Shown piece by piece: positions 46,502 to 56,464 of a stretch of DNA of 64,000 nt. Below the pieces are notes generated by a model that was not told where the DNA came from, searched no databases, and worked only from the letters and a program-made list of their open reading frames with translations. Origin of the DNA: Planctomycetota bacterium (GTDB taxonomy: Bacteria; Planctomycetota; JAJSAM01; JAJVHW01); assembly GCA_965248445.1 (NCBI GenBank), contig CBDFJG010000003.1, positions 1,568,001-1,632,000 on the forward strand, read 5' to 3'. The position numbers were made by a program, and so were the translations under genes. Positions within the stretch are counted from its first letter, which is position 1, and every line of letters begins with the position of its first letter.

Positions 46502-48910
46502 CTACTGCGTATCGAGAGGCGGGCCGGGCACGCCCAGCACGAGCCCGAACTCTTCGGCACCGCCGATCAGACCGAAGATCAGGCCGCGCCTGCGGGTCAG
46601 CGCGCCGAAGACCGCATTCGCGTCCACGTACCTCCCGTCCGGGCGCACCCGGTAGGTCCCCGGACCGGACTGACTCTGCAGAGGCTGCATGATGACCCGT
46701 CCCGAAGCCGCGTCGTTCAACGTGAGCACTCCCGTGCTGCTGATGGTGAATCGCCCGGCGCCGCCCGAATCGGCCTCGATCTCGAGGCGTTTCACCGAGT
46801 TCGTCGGGATGACCGTCTGCCCAGTGTCGGTGTTCACGGCGGGCGAGGTCAGCGCCTTCAAGAACGCGTGTCCGACGAAGTCCTCGTTCCCCGCATTCTG
46901 CGCACCGCGCACGAGCGCGACGAGCCGGAGCGTCGCGAGCGTGGGCGCCCCCGGGCTTCCCTCGAGGCGTTGCGCGCGCCCGATCAGGAGGTCGCCGCGC
47001 AGGGCGGGAATGAGGTCCACCTCGGTGAGCTGCGGGTCCCCGCCGAACGCGACGTCCAGGCGGGCGGTGCCGCCGTTGGGCGTGAGTCGTCCGCGCTTCG
47101 GTTTCTGCTTGCCTGCGCTGTTCTCCCAGCCGCCCGACGGGAACGAGGCAAGGTTGGAGACGGTGAAAGAACGCAGAGGGGCGATGGTGCCGTCCTGCGC
47201 GACGAGTATGTCCGCACGGCCGCCGAAGCGGCGCAGGTCGATCTCGCCTGTGGGGTTGGTCTTGGCACTGAACTCGTACACGAAGATGTGCCAGAGGCCG
47301 GCCAGGGTGAGCTTGGTCGGGTTGCGCTTCGCCCTGCGCAGGAACAGCCGCATCGACCTGTCCGTGATCCCGACGCCCAGGTTGTCCGACCGGCCGCGCC
47401 TGTAGATGCGCGGGCTGGACAACAGGTCGAACGCGAAGTCCGCGTTCGTGCCGAGTTGCACGAGCCCAGTTTCCGGCGGGCCGCCGCTCACGTTCTCCAG
47501 CTCCAGTTCGGGAGCACCCGTCCCCCGCCGCCACTCCATCCGTCGTTCGTCGCGCGTGAACTCGACCGCATTGCCGTTCCGTCCGCCGAACTTCGCTGAC
47601 ACCGGGTTGATCGAAATTCCGAACTCGCCGCCGTAGTCATCGAGCGGGCCGGAGAGGACCTCGACCTCGAAGAACGTGCCCTTCACGGGCCGCGGGCGGG
47701 GCGACGTCGCCTGCAAGGTCGAGAAGTGTGAGAGCGAGACGGTCGCGGTCGAAGCCAGAATGTCGATGTCGTAGGGACCGGGGATGGTCTCGAGTTCGCC
47801 GGTCTCGCTGTCTCGGACGACGATCGACAATTCGGACTCGGGGTCGTCGTACGCCTGGGGGTTGAACGGGATGGTGACGGTGAGGGCCTCCGCGAACTCG
47901 GTGCCCGGCGGACCGAACGTCACGGCCGGGCTGCCGGCGTTCTCGCCGTCCTCCACGAAGAAGTTCTCGTCCTCGGAGATCGTGAGAACGATCGTCCCCG
48001 ACACGGCGTCCGGCGGCACCTCCACGGAGACGTCGTCGATGTTCGAACCGTCCTGCGACGGTTCGATCACGCCGCCGCCCTCGTCCACCGGGCGCCCGTA
48101 CACCGCGCCCTCCTCGGAGAGTTCGTCGCCGTCACGGTCGCGCAGGTCCACCTTCGTCTTCGTCGTCGCGGCCGGCGTCAACTTGACGGCGATCGCGAAC
48201 GATCCGGGCGTGGCGCCCGCGTTCCGCACGGTGATCCGGTAGTCGCCGGTCTCCGGCACGCCGCCGAGCTTCGCCTTGTGCTTCGTGCTGCCGTCCTCGG
48301 GAGGATCGATCGGCGTCACCGAGTCGTCCGGTGCGCGCACGGACTCGATGACGGGGACGAACGCAGAGCCCTGGGCAGGCGTGCACCTGATCCCGACCTT
48401 TGCGCCCGCGGGGGCTGCGAACACGAACTCCGCGGTCGCACCCGGATCTACGGATCCGCCGTCCACGGTTCCGAAGAGCCTCTTGTACTTGGCCTTGATC
48501 TTCGCCTTGTAGTCGCCGTCGTTCTCGCCGTCTCCGGTGATGCGGAAGCGGTACGCTCCCGTCTCGGGAGTGATGTACCCGGTGATCTTCGTGGCCTTGC
48601 CCGAGGTGACACCGGCGATCACGTCGTCGTCCGGCTCCACGACCTCGATCACCGGCACGAGTTCGCCCTTGCCCTTGCGCTTGACCGACGCAGTGACCTT
48701 GGCGCCCTCCGGCAGTTCCACCACGTACGTCTCGCGCTCGTCGGCCGGGCGGATCGTGCCGTCCATCTTGGCGGGCGCGCGCACCTGCACATCGACGGTG
48801 TCTGTGATCGCCAGCGCGCAGAAGCACGACGCGGACACGGCGAGCGCCAGGACGATCCCGGCTGCTCGTGGCCCGCGGCCCACTCCCCAGAAGCCACGTT
48901 GCGTTCTCAC
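46502..48910 (-). CDS. Large secreted multidomain protein (PPC-like repeats plus a ZU5-like domain; start approximate)
   Basis: Signal-like GIVLALAVSASCFCALA; TGAYRFRITG / TGDYRITVRN repeats; VEVPPDAV...FGPPGTEFAEALTVTIPF...LSHFS. Confidence 0.7.
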   Translation of the reverse strand: MRTQRGFWGVGRGPRAAGIVLALAVSASCFCALAITDTVDVQVRAPAKMDGTIRPADERETYVVELPEGAKVTASVKRKGKGELVPVIEVVEPDDDVIAGVTSGKATKITGYITPETGAYRFRITGDGENDGDYKAKIKAKYKRLFGTVDGGSVDPGATAEFVFAAPAGAKVGIRCTPAQGSAFVPVIESVRAPDDSVTPIDPPEDGSTKHKAKLGGVPETGDYRITVRNAGATPGSFAIAVKLTPAATTKTKVDLRDRDGDELSEEGAVYGRPVDEGGGVIEPSQDGSNIDDVSVEVPPDAVSGTIVLTISEDENFFVEDGENAGSPAVTFGPPGTEFAEALTVTIPFNPQAYDDPESELSIVVRDSETGELETIPGPYDIDILASTATVSLSHFSTLQATSPRPRPVKGTFFEVEVLSGPLDDYGGEFGISINPVSAKFGGRNGNAVEFTRDERRMEWRRGTGAPELELENVSGGPPETGLVQLGTNADFAFDLLSSPRIYRRGRSDNLGVGITDRSMRLFLRRAKRNPTKLTLAGLWHIFVYEFSAKTNPTGEIDLRRFGGRADILVAQDGTIAPLRSFTVSNLASFPSGGWENSAGKQKPKRGRLTPNGGTARLDVAFGGDPQLTEVDLIPALRGDLLIGRAQRLEGSPGAPTLATLRLVALVRGAQNAGNEDFVGHAFLKALTSPAVNTDTGQTVIPTNSVKRLEIEADSGGAGRFTISSTGVLTLNDAASGRVIMQPLQSQSGPGTYRVRPDGRYVDANAVFGALTRRRGLIFGLIGGAEEFGLVLGVPGPPLDTQ

Positions 48911-48933
48911 GCTCGCATCATAACGCGCGAATC

Positions 48934-49479
48934 TCAGAGCAACCCGAGTAGCTCCAGTGGCAGCAGTACCAGCGCCGCCACGATCTCGTCGCCCAGATCC
49001 GTCTCGGTGGTGCGGAAGTTCGGGTGGAACACGCCGGGAGGCCTCTCGCCCTGCGGCACCGGGCGGACGCGGACGTGTGCACGGGCAGTGGGCGGCGGAT
49101 CCGGACTCCGCGCGACCGCCGAGAGCGCGGACGCATCGAACGCCACGAGGCGGCAGGTCCCGCAGCCCATCGCAGTGACCGAACCCTCCTCGCACACTCC
49201 GCGGACTTCCTGGAACGGGCGAGCGCAGGTCGGACAGGCATGGTCCGCGGTTCTCTCCCCGTTCTCGAGGAGCGCACGCCAGAGCGACTTCGCGAGGCGC
49301 TCGTCCAGGAACGCACGGAGGGCCGCGACGTTCATGGTGACGGTGCGGCATCCCCTGCACGGGAACGTGAACACGCTCCGCAGCCGGACCCCGCCAGCGG
49401 CCTCACCGCAGCTCGGGCACGCGAGCCTGACGCCGTCCTCCATGCCGCCTGAAACCGGCGCCCCTCCCTCGCCGTTCAC
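48934..49479 (-). CDS. Zinc-ribbon (zf-TFIIB-like) protein
   Basis: Four CxxC pairs (CPSC, CRGC, CPTC, CGTC). GTG overlaps the stop of the YbeD-family gene. Confidence 0.65.
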   Translation of the reverse strand: MNGEGGAPVSGGMEDGVRLACPSCGEAAGGVRLRSVFTFPCRGCRTVTMNVAALRAFLDERLAKSLWRALLENGERTADHACPTCARPFQEVRGVCEEGSVTAMGCGTCRLVAFDASALSAVARSPDPPPTARAHVRVRPVPQGERPPGVFHPNFRTTETDLGDEIVAALVLLPLELLGLL

Positions 49480-49754
49480 AGCACGAACTTCACGGCCGCG
49501 TGGACGTGCAGCGTGTTGGCGATCCCGCGCCGGTCTTCGTGGCTGGTGACGATCAGCTCGAGGCGCAGCGAGACGTACTTCCCGCCGCTGGATCGGCGGG
49601 AGACGGAGATGTCGTGGTGCCGTTCGTCGACCGCCGCGGCGATGGCGTCGCGCAGCCCCGCCTCGTCCGGTCCGATCAGCTTGTAGGACCACTGGGTGGG
49701 GTAGTCGATCTCGACTTCCGGTAGCTCGGCATCGGGCACGCAGAGAGGGTACAT
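49476..49754 (-). CDS. YbeD/DUF493 family protein
   Basis: IDYPTQWSYKLIG...SSGGKYVSL...VKFVL. Confidence 0.85.
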   Translation of the reverse strand: MYPLCVPDAELPEVEIDYPTQWSYKLIGPDEAGLRDAIAAAVDERHHDISVSRRSSGGKYVSLRLELIVTSHEDRRGIANTLHVHAAVKFVL

Positions 49755-49787
49755 CCGTCGCGGTACGGTGGTTGCGCTACCCCGGGC

Positions 49788-50732
49788 ATGACGATGGAGA
49801 CCGAGCCCGGGGATGACGCGGTGTCACTGAGGGTCCAGGTCTCCCGCCAGATCGACGTGCTCGAGATCCTGACCACCACCCGCGAGAACGAGAGCCTGGA
49901 CGCGGCGCTCGTACTGACCGCTGCCGGGATTCCGCACTCTCGTGTGTACCGCCTCGGAGTGCACCGGCTGCTGGTCGACGAGGAGCACTACCACGTGGCG
50001 CGAGAGGAGCTCGCGGCGTTCCGCGAGGAGAACGCGCTGCAGAAGCCGGATCACCCGGTAGCCGTGCGGCGCGCAGAGTGGTGGCCCGGCGTTCTGGCGT
50101 ATGCCGCGTTCCTGATCATAATCTTCTCGCTCGAGCGCTATCCGGAGATCACGTTCCCGTTCAAGGCGGCCGGCCGGATGGACGCGCTGGCGGTGCAGGA
50201 CGGCGCGTGGTTCCGGACGGTGACGGCTCTGACGCTGCATGCGGACTTCACGCACATCATCGGAAACCTGTTCTTCGGAGCCGTGTTCGGGGCACTCCTG
50301 GCGCAAGTCGTCGGCAACGGCGTCGCATGGGGCACGATCGCGGTATCCGGTGCGCTAGGCAACACACTGAACTCCGTGCTGCGCACGGAGAACCACTTCG
50401 CGGTCGGTGCCTCGACCGCCGTGTTCGGCGCACTGGGTGCGCTGGTGACGTGGCAGTGGGTCTACGGGCGCTCGGCGAAGATCTCGTGGCCCAAGCGTCT
50501 TGCCCCGGCGGCGATGGGACTGGTGCTGCTGACGTACATCGGCGCGGGCGGCGAGAACACCGACGTGCTCGCACACGTCTACGGCTTTCTGGCCGGCGCC
50601 GCGCTCGGGTACCTGCACTTCCACATCACCGCGCGCCGCGCGCTGTCCGCGCAGACCCAGGCGATGATCGGCGTCGCAGCGGCGGCGCTGGTGGTCGTGT
50701 CGTGGGCGATCGCCTGGAACGCGTGGTACTAG
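49788..50732 (+). CDS. Rhomboid family intramembrane serine protease
   Basis: TALTLHADFTHIIGN, GASTAVFG (catalytic Ser), AHVYGF (His). Confidence 0.9.
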   Translation: MTMETEPGDDAVSLRVQVSRQIDVLEILTTTRENESLDAALVLTAAGIPHSRVYRLGVHRLLVDEEHYHVAREELAAFREENALQKPDHPVAVRRAEWWPGVLAYAAFLIIIFSLERYPEITFPFKAAGRMDALAVQDGAWFRTVTALTLHADFTHIIGNLFFGAVFGALLAQVVGNGVAWGTIAVSGALGNTLNSVLRTENHFAVGASTAVFGALGALVTWQWVYGRSAKISWPKRLAPAAMGLVLLTYIGAGGENTDVLAHVYGFLAGAALGYLHFHITARRALSAQTQAMIGVAAAALVVVSWAIAWNAWY

Positions 50733-50734
50733 GA

Positions 50735-51436
50735 TCAGCCGAGGTACCGGGTCGGCAGTTCCTCTTCCGTTACGCCATCGCTGCTCCGCGTGACGCGATA
50801 GCACTTCGCGTCCGGCAGGGACGCGACGCACTCGACGAGATCCGTCCCGCGGAACACGAGTGCGGCGCAGTCGTCCGCTGCGTACCCGCCCGGAAACCCG
50901 TCGCGAACCGCAGCGCGATACGTCGGCCGCCGCTCCTCCTCGCCGTCGTAGTGCGGACACGCGCTGCCGGGCAGGAAGCCGAGTCCGTCGCGCCACGCGC
51001 GCACCGGACCGAACGAGTCCGACATGCCCGCCTCGAACCAGCAGATCATCCCGGCGGAGAGGCCGGCGAGCACGACCCCCGCCTCCCACGCCTCGCGTAG
51101 GACTGCGTCCACGCCATGGACACGCCAGATGGCGAGCGCGTTGGCTGTGTTCCCTCCGCCCACGTACACGACGTCCTGCGAGAGCACGAAGTCACGAATG
51201 TCCGTCCGCGGCGCCCCGAACAGCTTCAGGTGAGACGCTTCGACCGGCCGGCCGTCGAACGACGACTGGAAGTGCGCGATGTACCCCTGCGCGTCGCCGG
51301 ACGGCGTCCCGAGGAAGCACAGCCTCGGGCGGTCGCGGGCTGCGAGCGACAGCACGAAGTCGTCGAGCAGCGTGTTCTCCGACTCCATCGAGAAGCCGCC
51401 GCCGCCCATGGCGACGATCGTCGGTGCGGCGGTCAC
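50735..51436 (-). CDS. pepE: Peptidase E (family S51)
   Basis: YVGGGNT, GLSAG, CPHYD. Confidence 0.88.
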   Translation of the reverse strand: MTAAPTIVAMGGGGFSMESENTLLDDFVLSLAARDRPRLCFLGTPSGDAQGYIAHFQSSFDGRPVEASHLKLFGAPRTDIRDFVLSQDVVYVGGGNTANALAIWRVHGVDAVLREAWEAGVVLAGLSAGMICWFEAGMSDSFGPVRAWRDGLGFLPGSACPHYDGEEERRPTYRAAVRDGFPGGYAADDCAALVFRGTDLVECVASLPDAKCYRVTRSSDGVTEEELPTRYLG

Positions 51437-51454
51437 GCCACTACCACTCGCCGA

Positions 51455-52384
51455 TCACCATTCATCTGAGAAGCGGTAGTCCTGGCCCTTCATGGTGAAG
51501 ACGGTCTTCAGGTACTCGGAGTCGGCACCCTCGGGGTGCACCTCGAACATGCCCTTCACGATGATCGGCATGTACGCGTCGTACATCGCGCCGTCGTCGT
51601 TCGTCATCTCGACTTCGACGACCTCGTTCGCCTTGGGCAGCATGCCGAAGCAACAACTCATCATGTAGCGCGAGAGATAGAACGTGCGGACGTTCCCCTT
51701 CTCGAACTTCAGCGGGATCATGTAGCCCTCGAGCTCGACGATCTGCCGGTCCATCTTCTGGACAGCCCGCGGGATGCCCTTCTTGCCCGTCGTCTCGGAC
51801 TTCTCGGCGTGCTGCGCCATCACGCTGTCTTCGGCGATCGCCATCATCCCGGAGTCGAACGAGCCGAGGTAGTCGAAGGTCGTGTACCACACGCCGTCCT
51901 TCAGCTCCGGCAGCGCGACGTCGGGGTCGGCCGGCGCGTCCTCGACGAGCGGCGGGTCGCCCCCGTCGTCCGTGTCACCGATCGCTTCGTCCCCGTCCGG
52001 CCCGTCCCCGTCCGGCCCGTCACCTTCCGGCTCGTCACCTTCCGGCTCGTCACCTTCCGGCTCGTCACCTTCCGGCTCGTCACCCTCCGGCTCGTCACCC
52101 TTCGTTTCGTCACCTGCTGCTTCCGGCGTGGTGACGTCGGGAGCGGCCATCTCCGGGCCGGTGGTGTCCGGCGCGACGGCGGGCGGTTCGGTCACGCGGC
52201 CGTGCCCCGCCCCGACGAGGGGTTCGAGTTCGGTGTTCGCGACTCCCGAGTCGACCAGACTCCCCGAATCAATCGGTGCTCCTTGCACGACCGGCGCCAC
52301 CGCCACGTCGAGGTCGTCGGCACGCTCGCACGCGGCCACGGTCAGCGCGGCGGCGAGCAGGGACAACGTGACGAGGTGCTTCAT
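51455..52384 (-). CDS. DUF3299 family lipoprotein with an acidic tandem-repeat linker
   Basis: Lipobox VAAC; VELEGYMIPL...MSCCFGMLPKANEVVEV; adjacent to an ABC transporter. Confidence 0.8.
   Translation of the reverse strand: MKHLVTLSLLAAALTVAACERADDLDVAVAPVVQGAPIDSGSLVDSGVANTELEPLVGAGHGRVTEPPAVAPDTTGPEMAAPDVTTPEAAGDETKGDEPEGDEPEGDEPEGDEPEGDEPEGDGPDGDGPDGDEAIGDTDDGGDPPLVEDAPADPDVALPELKDGVWYTTFDYLGSFDSGMMAIAEDSVMAQHAEKSETTGKKGIPRAVQKMDRQIVELEGYMIPLKFEKGNVRTFYLSRYMMSCCFGMLPKANEVVEVEMTNDDGAMYDAYMPIIVKGMFEVHPEGADSEYLKTVFTMKGQDYRFSDEW
51988..52114 (-). repeat. 15-bp tandem repeat encoding (GDEPE)n / GDGPD
   Basis: cgtcaccttccggct repeated about 5 times near-perfectly, with degenerate flanking copies. 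Confidence 0.9.
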
Positions 52385-52445
52385 CGGGGGGACTCCGGAG
52401 GGAAAACGCGGGAGCGAGCAGCTCCCAGCGGCAGAGACTACAGGG

Positions 52446-53699
52446 TCAGGACGTCGGGAGCAGGTTCGGGGCCACGTCGGTCGAATACGCCTTGAACGCA
52501 GGCAGCAGTCCCGCCGCGGCGCCGAGGAGCGTCATTCCGAGCGGAGCGGACCAGAGCGCGGGGTGCCCGGTCATGACGTCGATGACGACGCCCGTCTGTT
52601 GCCGGACGATTGCCGCGGCTACGCCGACGATGGCGACGTACACGACGTAGCCGAGGAGCGCGCCGAGGAACGCGATCGTGGCCGACTCGAGGACGATCAC
52701 ACCGAACACGGTCCTGCGCCGCGCGCCGAGCGCACGCAGGATCGCGAACTCTCGACGGCGTTCGTTCATCGTGTTGTAGAGGCTCGCGAGGATCGAGAAC
52801 GCCGCAACGACCATCACCAGGTACGCGACCAGGCGCAGGATCTCCGCCACCCAGGCAAGCTTGTTGAACAGGTCCGCCACAATCTGGTCTACCGGCCACG
52901 CGAGGGTCGCCACCTTGCCCTGACGGTTGATCTGATGCGCGAGCATCAGACCCGCGGCGGGATCGCGCAGCCGCAGCATTACGGCGCTGACCTCCTTGTG
53001 CTCGTCGGGGATCGCGTGACCGTCCTTCGGGAGGAACGACGCGCCCGTGCCGCGCAGCTCGTGGCCATCCATGCGGAACGCGCCGTCGATCGGGATGAAC
53101 AAGACGCGGTCGACCGGCGCGCCGGTCTGTTCGAGGATGCCCACGATCGTGTACTCGGTGTCGTGCGCTTTGCCCCTCGCGCCCACGTCGTGCACCGGGT
53201 GGAACGTCGCCCCGACGCGAAGACCGGTGTCGACGGCGGCGGTGTGGCCGATGACGGCTTCGCGGCGCGCCGGGTCGAACACGCGTCCGCCCTTGCGCGG
53301 AGTCAGCTTGCGATCACCGCCCGCGAGGAACACCTCGAACAGCTCCGGAGTCGTGCCGACGATCCGGAACCCGCCGAGGTTGTCCCCCACCGCGTACGGA
53401 ATCGCCGACTCGACGGCCGGGTGGTTCTGGATCTCCTGGTACATCGACCACGGGACGTTCCCCGGCGACGTCTCCAGGTGGAACACCGTGTTCAGCACGA
53501 GCTGCACCGGGCTGCCGCGCGCCCCGAGCACGGCATCGAAGCCGCCGTCACCACCGGTGAACGCGTCGCGGCTCGCCTTGCTCAGCGTGAAGACCGACAT
53601 GACGAGGCCGACCGCCAACGCGACCGAGAACACGGTCACGGCGGTGGCCAGCGAGTGCTGGCGGAGGCTCCTGCGGGCGATGAGCCAGAGGCCCTTCAC
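52446..53699 (-). CDS. ABC transporter permease (MacB/FtsX family)
   Basis: GARGSPVQLVLNTVFH, ERRREFAILRALGA, TM helices. Confidence 0.9.
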   Translation of the reverse strand: MKGLWLIARRSLRQHSLATAVTVFSVALAVGLVMSVFTLSKASRDAFTGGDGGFDAVLGARGSPVQLVLNTVFHLETSPGNVPWSMYQEIQNHPAVESAIPYAVGDNLGGFRIVGTTPELFEVFLAGGDRKLTPRKGGRVFDPARREAVIGHTAAVDTGLRVGATFHPVHDVGARGKAHDTEYTIVGILEQTGAPVDRVLFIPIDGAFRMDGHELRGTGASFLPKDGHAIPDEHKEVSAVMLRLRDPAAGLMLAHQINRQGKVATLAWPVDQIVADLFNKLAWVAEILRLVAYLVMVVAAFSILASLYNTMNERRREFAILRALGARRRTVFGVIVLESATIAFLGALLGYVVYVAIVGVAAAIVRQQTGVVIDVMTGHPALWSAPLGMTLLGAAAGLLPAFKAYSTDVAPNLLPTS

Positions 53700-54388
53700 G
53701 TCGCGGCTCCGTCGGATGCGCGGTTGATCTCGTCGAGCGAGAGCACCTGCTCGAAGCTGCCGAGTACGGCCTCGTCGTGACTCACCAGGAACAGCGCGGC
53801 GTCGTGCTCACGGCACGCGCTCCGGATCGCGTCGAGAGCGGTGCGCGCGTTGCGCGCGTCCAGATTGCCCGTCGGCTCGTCGGCCAGGACGAGCTTCGGT
53901 TTGTTGGCGAGCGCCCGCGAGAGCGCCACCCTCTGCTGCTGGCCGACGGAGAGCTGCGCCGGCTTGTGGTCGAGGCGGTCCGCCATCCCGAGGTCGGTCA
54001 GGAGCGAGCGGGCGTACGCCTCGTCGGGTCCGGGGCCGAACATCATCCCGAGCAGCACGTTCTCGAGGGCGGTGAAGCCCTGCAACAGGTTGAAGGTCTG
54101 GAAGACGTAGCCGAGGTGCGTCGCGCGGAAGGCGTCTCGCGCCGACTCGCTCAGCTTCGCGACATCGGTGCCGAGCACGCTCACCTCGCCGGCATCCGGC
54201 CGGAGCAGCCCCGAAATCACGTTCAGCAGCGTGGTCTTGCCGCTGCCGCTGCGCCCGCGGATCGCGATCTCCTTCGGCGCGGGGACGACGAGCTCCGCGA
54301 CGTCGAGCACGACCTGGGTCGTGCCGTCCGGCGCACGGTACGACTTGCGCACGCCGCGCAGGTGAAGCAGAGGTCCGCCGTCCGGCAT
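53696..54388 (-). CDS. ABC transporter ATP-binding protein (LolD/MacB-like)
   Basis: GRSGSGKT Walker A, LSVGQQQRV signature, LADEPTGNLD. Confidence 0.95.
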   Translation of the reverse strand: MPDGGPLLHLRGVRKSYRAPDGTTQVVLDVAELVVPAPKEIAIRGRSGSGKTTLLNVISGLLRPDAGEVSVLGTDVAKLSESARDAFRATHLGYVFQTFNLLQGFTALENVLLGMMFGPGPDEAYARSLLTDLGMADRLDHKPAQLSVGQQQRVALSRALANKPKLVLADEPTGNLDARNARTALDAIRSACREHDAALFLVSHDEAVLGSFEQVLSLDEINRASDGAAT

Positions 54389-54551
54389 CGCGGGACGATA
54401 CCGGATCGGGCGAGCGCGCGATCAGGAGATGAGGCCGAGATCCGTGTACGTGTGTCCGGTGAACACGCGCGCCGGATCGTCGCTCAACCAGTGGTCCACG
54501 ACCCTGCCGAGTACCTCTCGATCGTCGACCTGAAGACAACCGGTCAGGCGA

Positions 54552-55538
54552 CTACGAGGAGACGCGAATGGCGATCTTGCCGGTCGTGTGCCCGGCCTCG
54601 AGCGCGCGGTGTGCCTCGGGCACCTCGGCCAGCGGGAAGGTGCGGCTGACCACGGGCCGGATCGAGCCGGCCTCCACGAGTTCTCCCACGCGCCCCAGCA
54701 GGTCGCCCTGCGCCTCCATCCGCTGTCCGTGCATCGACGGGGCGCCCATGAACTCGTGGATCAGCGTGGCGTTCTTGACGAACAGCTTGGCCGAGACGTT
54801 GGGACTCTCGTTCGCCACGATCGTCACCACGCGGCCGTTCACGGCGACGCAATCGAGAGAACTCTCGAACACCGCTCCGCCCACGGTATCGAACACGAGC
54901 GGACAGCCGGCGCCGCCGGTGAGTTCGAGGACCCGCGCCGTGACGTCCTCTGCCCGGTGGTCGATGACGTGCTCGGCGCCGAGGTCCTTGCACAGCTTCT
55001 TGGACTCCTCGCGGCTGGCCGTGGCGATGACGTTGGCGTACCGGAGCCGCGCGAGCTGGATCCCGATGTGCCCCACCCCACCCGCTCCGGCGTGCACGAG
55101 AACCCACTCACCGGTGCCGACCTCGGCGCGATCGTAGAGGGCCTCCCAGGCAGTGATGGCCACCAGCGGCAGCGCGGCCGCGTGCTCGTGGTCGAGCGAG
55201 GGCGGCTTGAGCGCGGCGCGACGGTGGTCAACGAGGACCAGCTCCGCGTTGCTGCCGTCGCGAAACAGGCTGGGCGACGCGATGACCTCGTCACCGGCCG
55301 CGAACCCGGAGACATCGGAGCCGGCTCGCGCCACCACGCCGCTGACATCGAATCCGAGGACGTAGGGCGCCGGGCGCTCACCGAGATAGCCCGCGCGGAT
55401 CTTCGTGTCCACCGGGTTCAAGGCCGCGGCGCGCACGCGCACGAGCAGATCGTTCGGCCCGGGCGAGGGCTCAGGATGGTCGTCCCGCAGTTCGAGGACC
55501 TCGGGACCGCCGTGGCCGGTTGCAACGAGGACGCGCAT
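54552..55538 (-). CDS. MDR-family NADPH:quinone reductase / zinc-binding alcohol dehydrogenase-like protein
   Basis: ALNPVD, LGFDVSGVV, HAGAGGVGH, GHTTGKI. ATG at 55538. Confidence 0.9.
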   Translation of the reverse strand: MRVLVATGHGGPEVLELRDDHPEPSPGPNDLLVRVRAAALNPVDTKIRAGYLGERPAPYVLGFDVSGVVARAGSDVSGFAAGDEVIASPSLFRDGSNAELVLVDHRRAALKPPSLDHEHAAALPLVAITAWEALYDRAEVGTGEWVLVHAGAGGVGHIGIQLARLRYANVIATASREESKKLCKDLGAEHVIDHRAEDVTARVLELTGGAGCPLVFDTVGGAVFESSLDCVAVNGRVVTIVANESPNVSAKLFVKNATLIHEFMGAPSMHGQRMEAQGDLLGRVGELVEAGSIRPVVSRTFPLAEVPEAHRALEAGHTTGKIAIRVSS

Positions 55539-55606
55539 CGCGTCCGTTCTACCGCAGGGCAATCCCGCCGTCGATCTGTCCCCACCGCTTGCGAAGCTGG
55601 GCGGCT

Positions 55607-56443
55607 GTGAGAGAAGAGCAGCGGCAGATTCGCGTCACGAAGGTCCCGTTCTGGTTCCACTCCATCGACATGGGCGACGGACTCGTCAGTCCCGGGGTGA
55701 AGCCCCAGGAGCAGCTGAAGCGCGAGTGGGAATCCATGGAACTCCCCGCTCTCAGCGGCAAGTCCGTGCTCGATATCAACTCCTGGGACGGGTTCTTCGC
55801 GTTCGAAGCGGAAGAGCGCGGAGCGACCAAGGTGACCGCGCTGGACCGGTTCATGTGGACGATGCACTTGGACCAGCACATGGAGTACTGGCAGCGCTGC
55901 AAGGAAGAGGGGCGCGCGCCCGAGCCATACGAGACGCGCCCGTACTACGACCCGGAGAGCCTGCCAGGCAAGATCGGCTTCGACACGGCACACGCCCTGC
56001 GCGAGAGCGGCGCCGCGTCCGTCGTCGGCGACTTCATGGACATGGACCTCGCGGAGGTCGGCGAACACGACGTCGTGTTCTTCCTCGGGTCGCTCTACCA
56101 CATGGAGGATCCGCTCCGGTCCCTGCGACGGGTGGCGAGCGTGACGAGCGAGCTGGCGATCATCGAGACCGAGGCCGCCGAGTTCCCCGGGCACCATGAC
56201 CGAGCGGTTTGCGAGTTCTTCCCCGGCAGTGAGCTGAACGGCGACCCGTCGAACTGGTGGGCGCCCAACGCGAAGGCGCTGACGGGGATGTGCCGGGCCG
56301 CCGGCTTCACGCGGGTGGAACTCGTCTCCGGGCCTCCCGGCTGGTCCCGCTCGGGCCTGATGACGCGCGCGAAGAACCTGCAGAAGACGGGGCAGGCGTC
56401 CGCCGTGTCGCGCTACCGCGCGACGGTCCAGGCCTGGAAGTAG
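55607..56443 (+). CDS. SAM-dependent methyltransferase (CmoB/DUF1698-like)
   Basis: WFHSIDMG, VLDINSWDGFFAFEAEERGA, FFLGSLYHMEDP, SNWWAPN. Confidence 0.85.
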   Translation: MREEQRQIRVTKVPFWFHSIDMGDGLVSPGVKPQEQLKREWESMELPALSGKSVLDINSWDGFFAFEAEERGATKVTALDRFMWTMHLDQHMEYWQRCKEEGRAPEPYETRPYYDPESLPGKIGFDTAHALRESGAASVVGDFMDMDLAEVGEHDVVFFLGSLYHMEDPLRSLRRVASVTSELAIIETEAAEFPGHHDRAVCEFFPGSELNGDPSNWWAPNAKALTGMCRAAGFTRVELVSGPPGWSRSGLMTRAKNLQKTGQASAVSRYRATVQAWK

Positions 56444-56464
56444 GCGGCCGGCCGACGACGCGAC

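Noticed and set aside
51988..52114. Tandem repeat considered as a CRISPR array
   Set aside because: The 15-bp units have no spacers and lie in frame inside a CDS; no cas genes are present.
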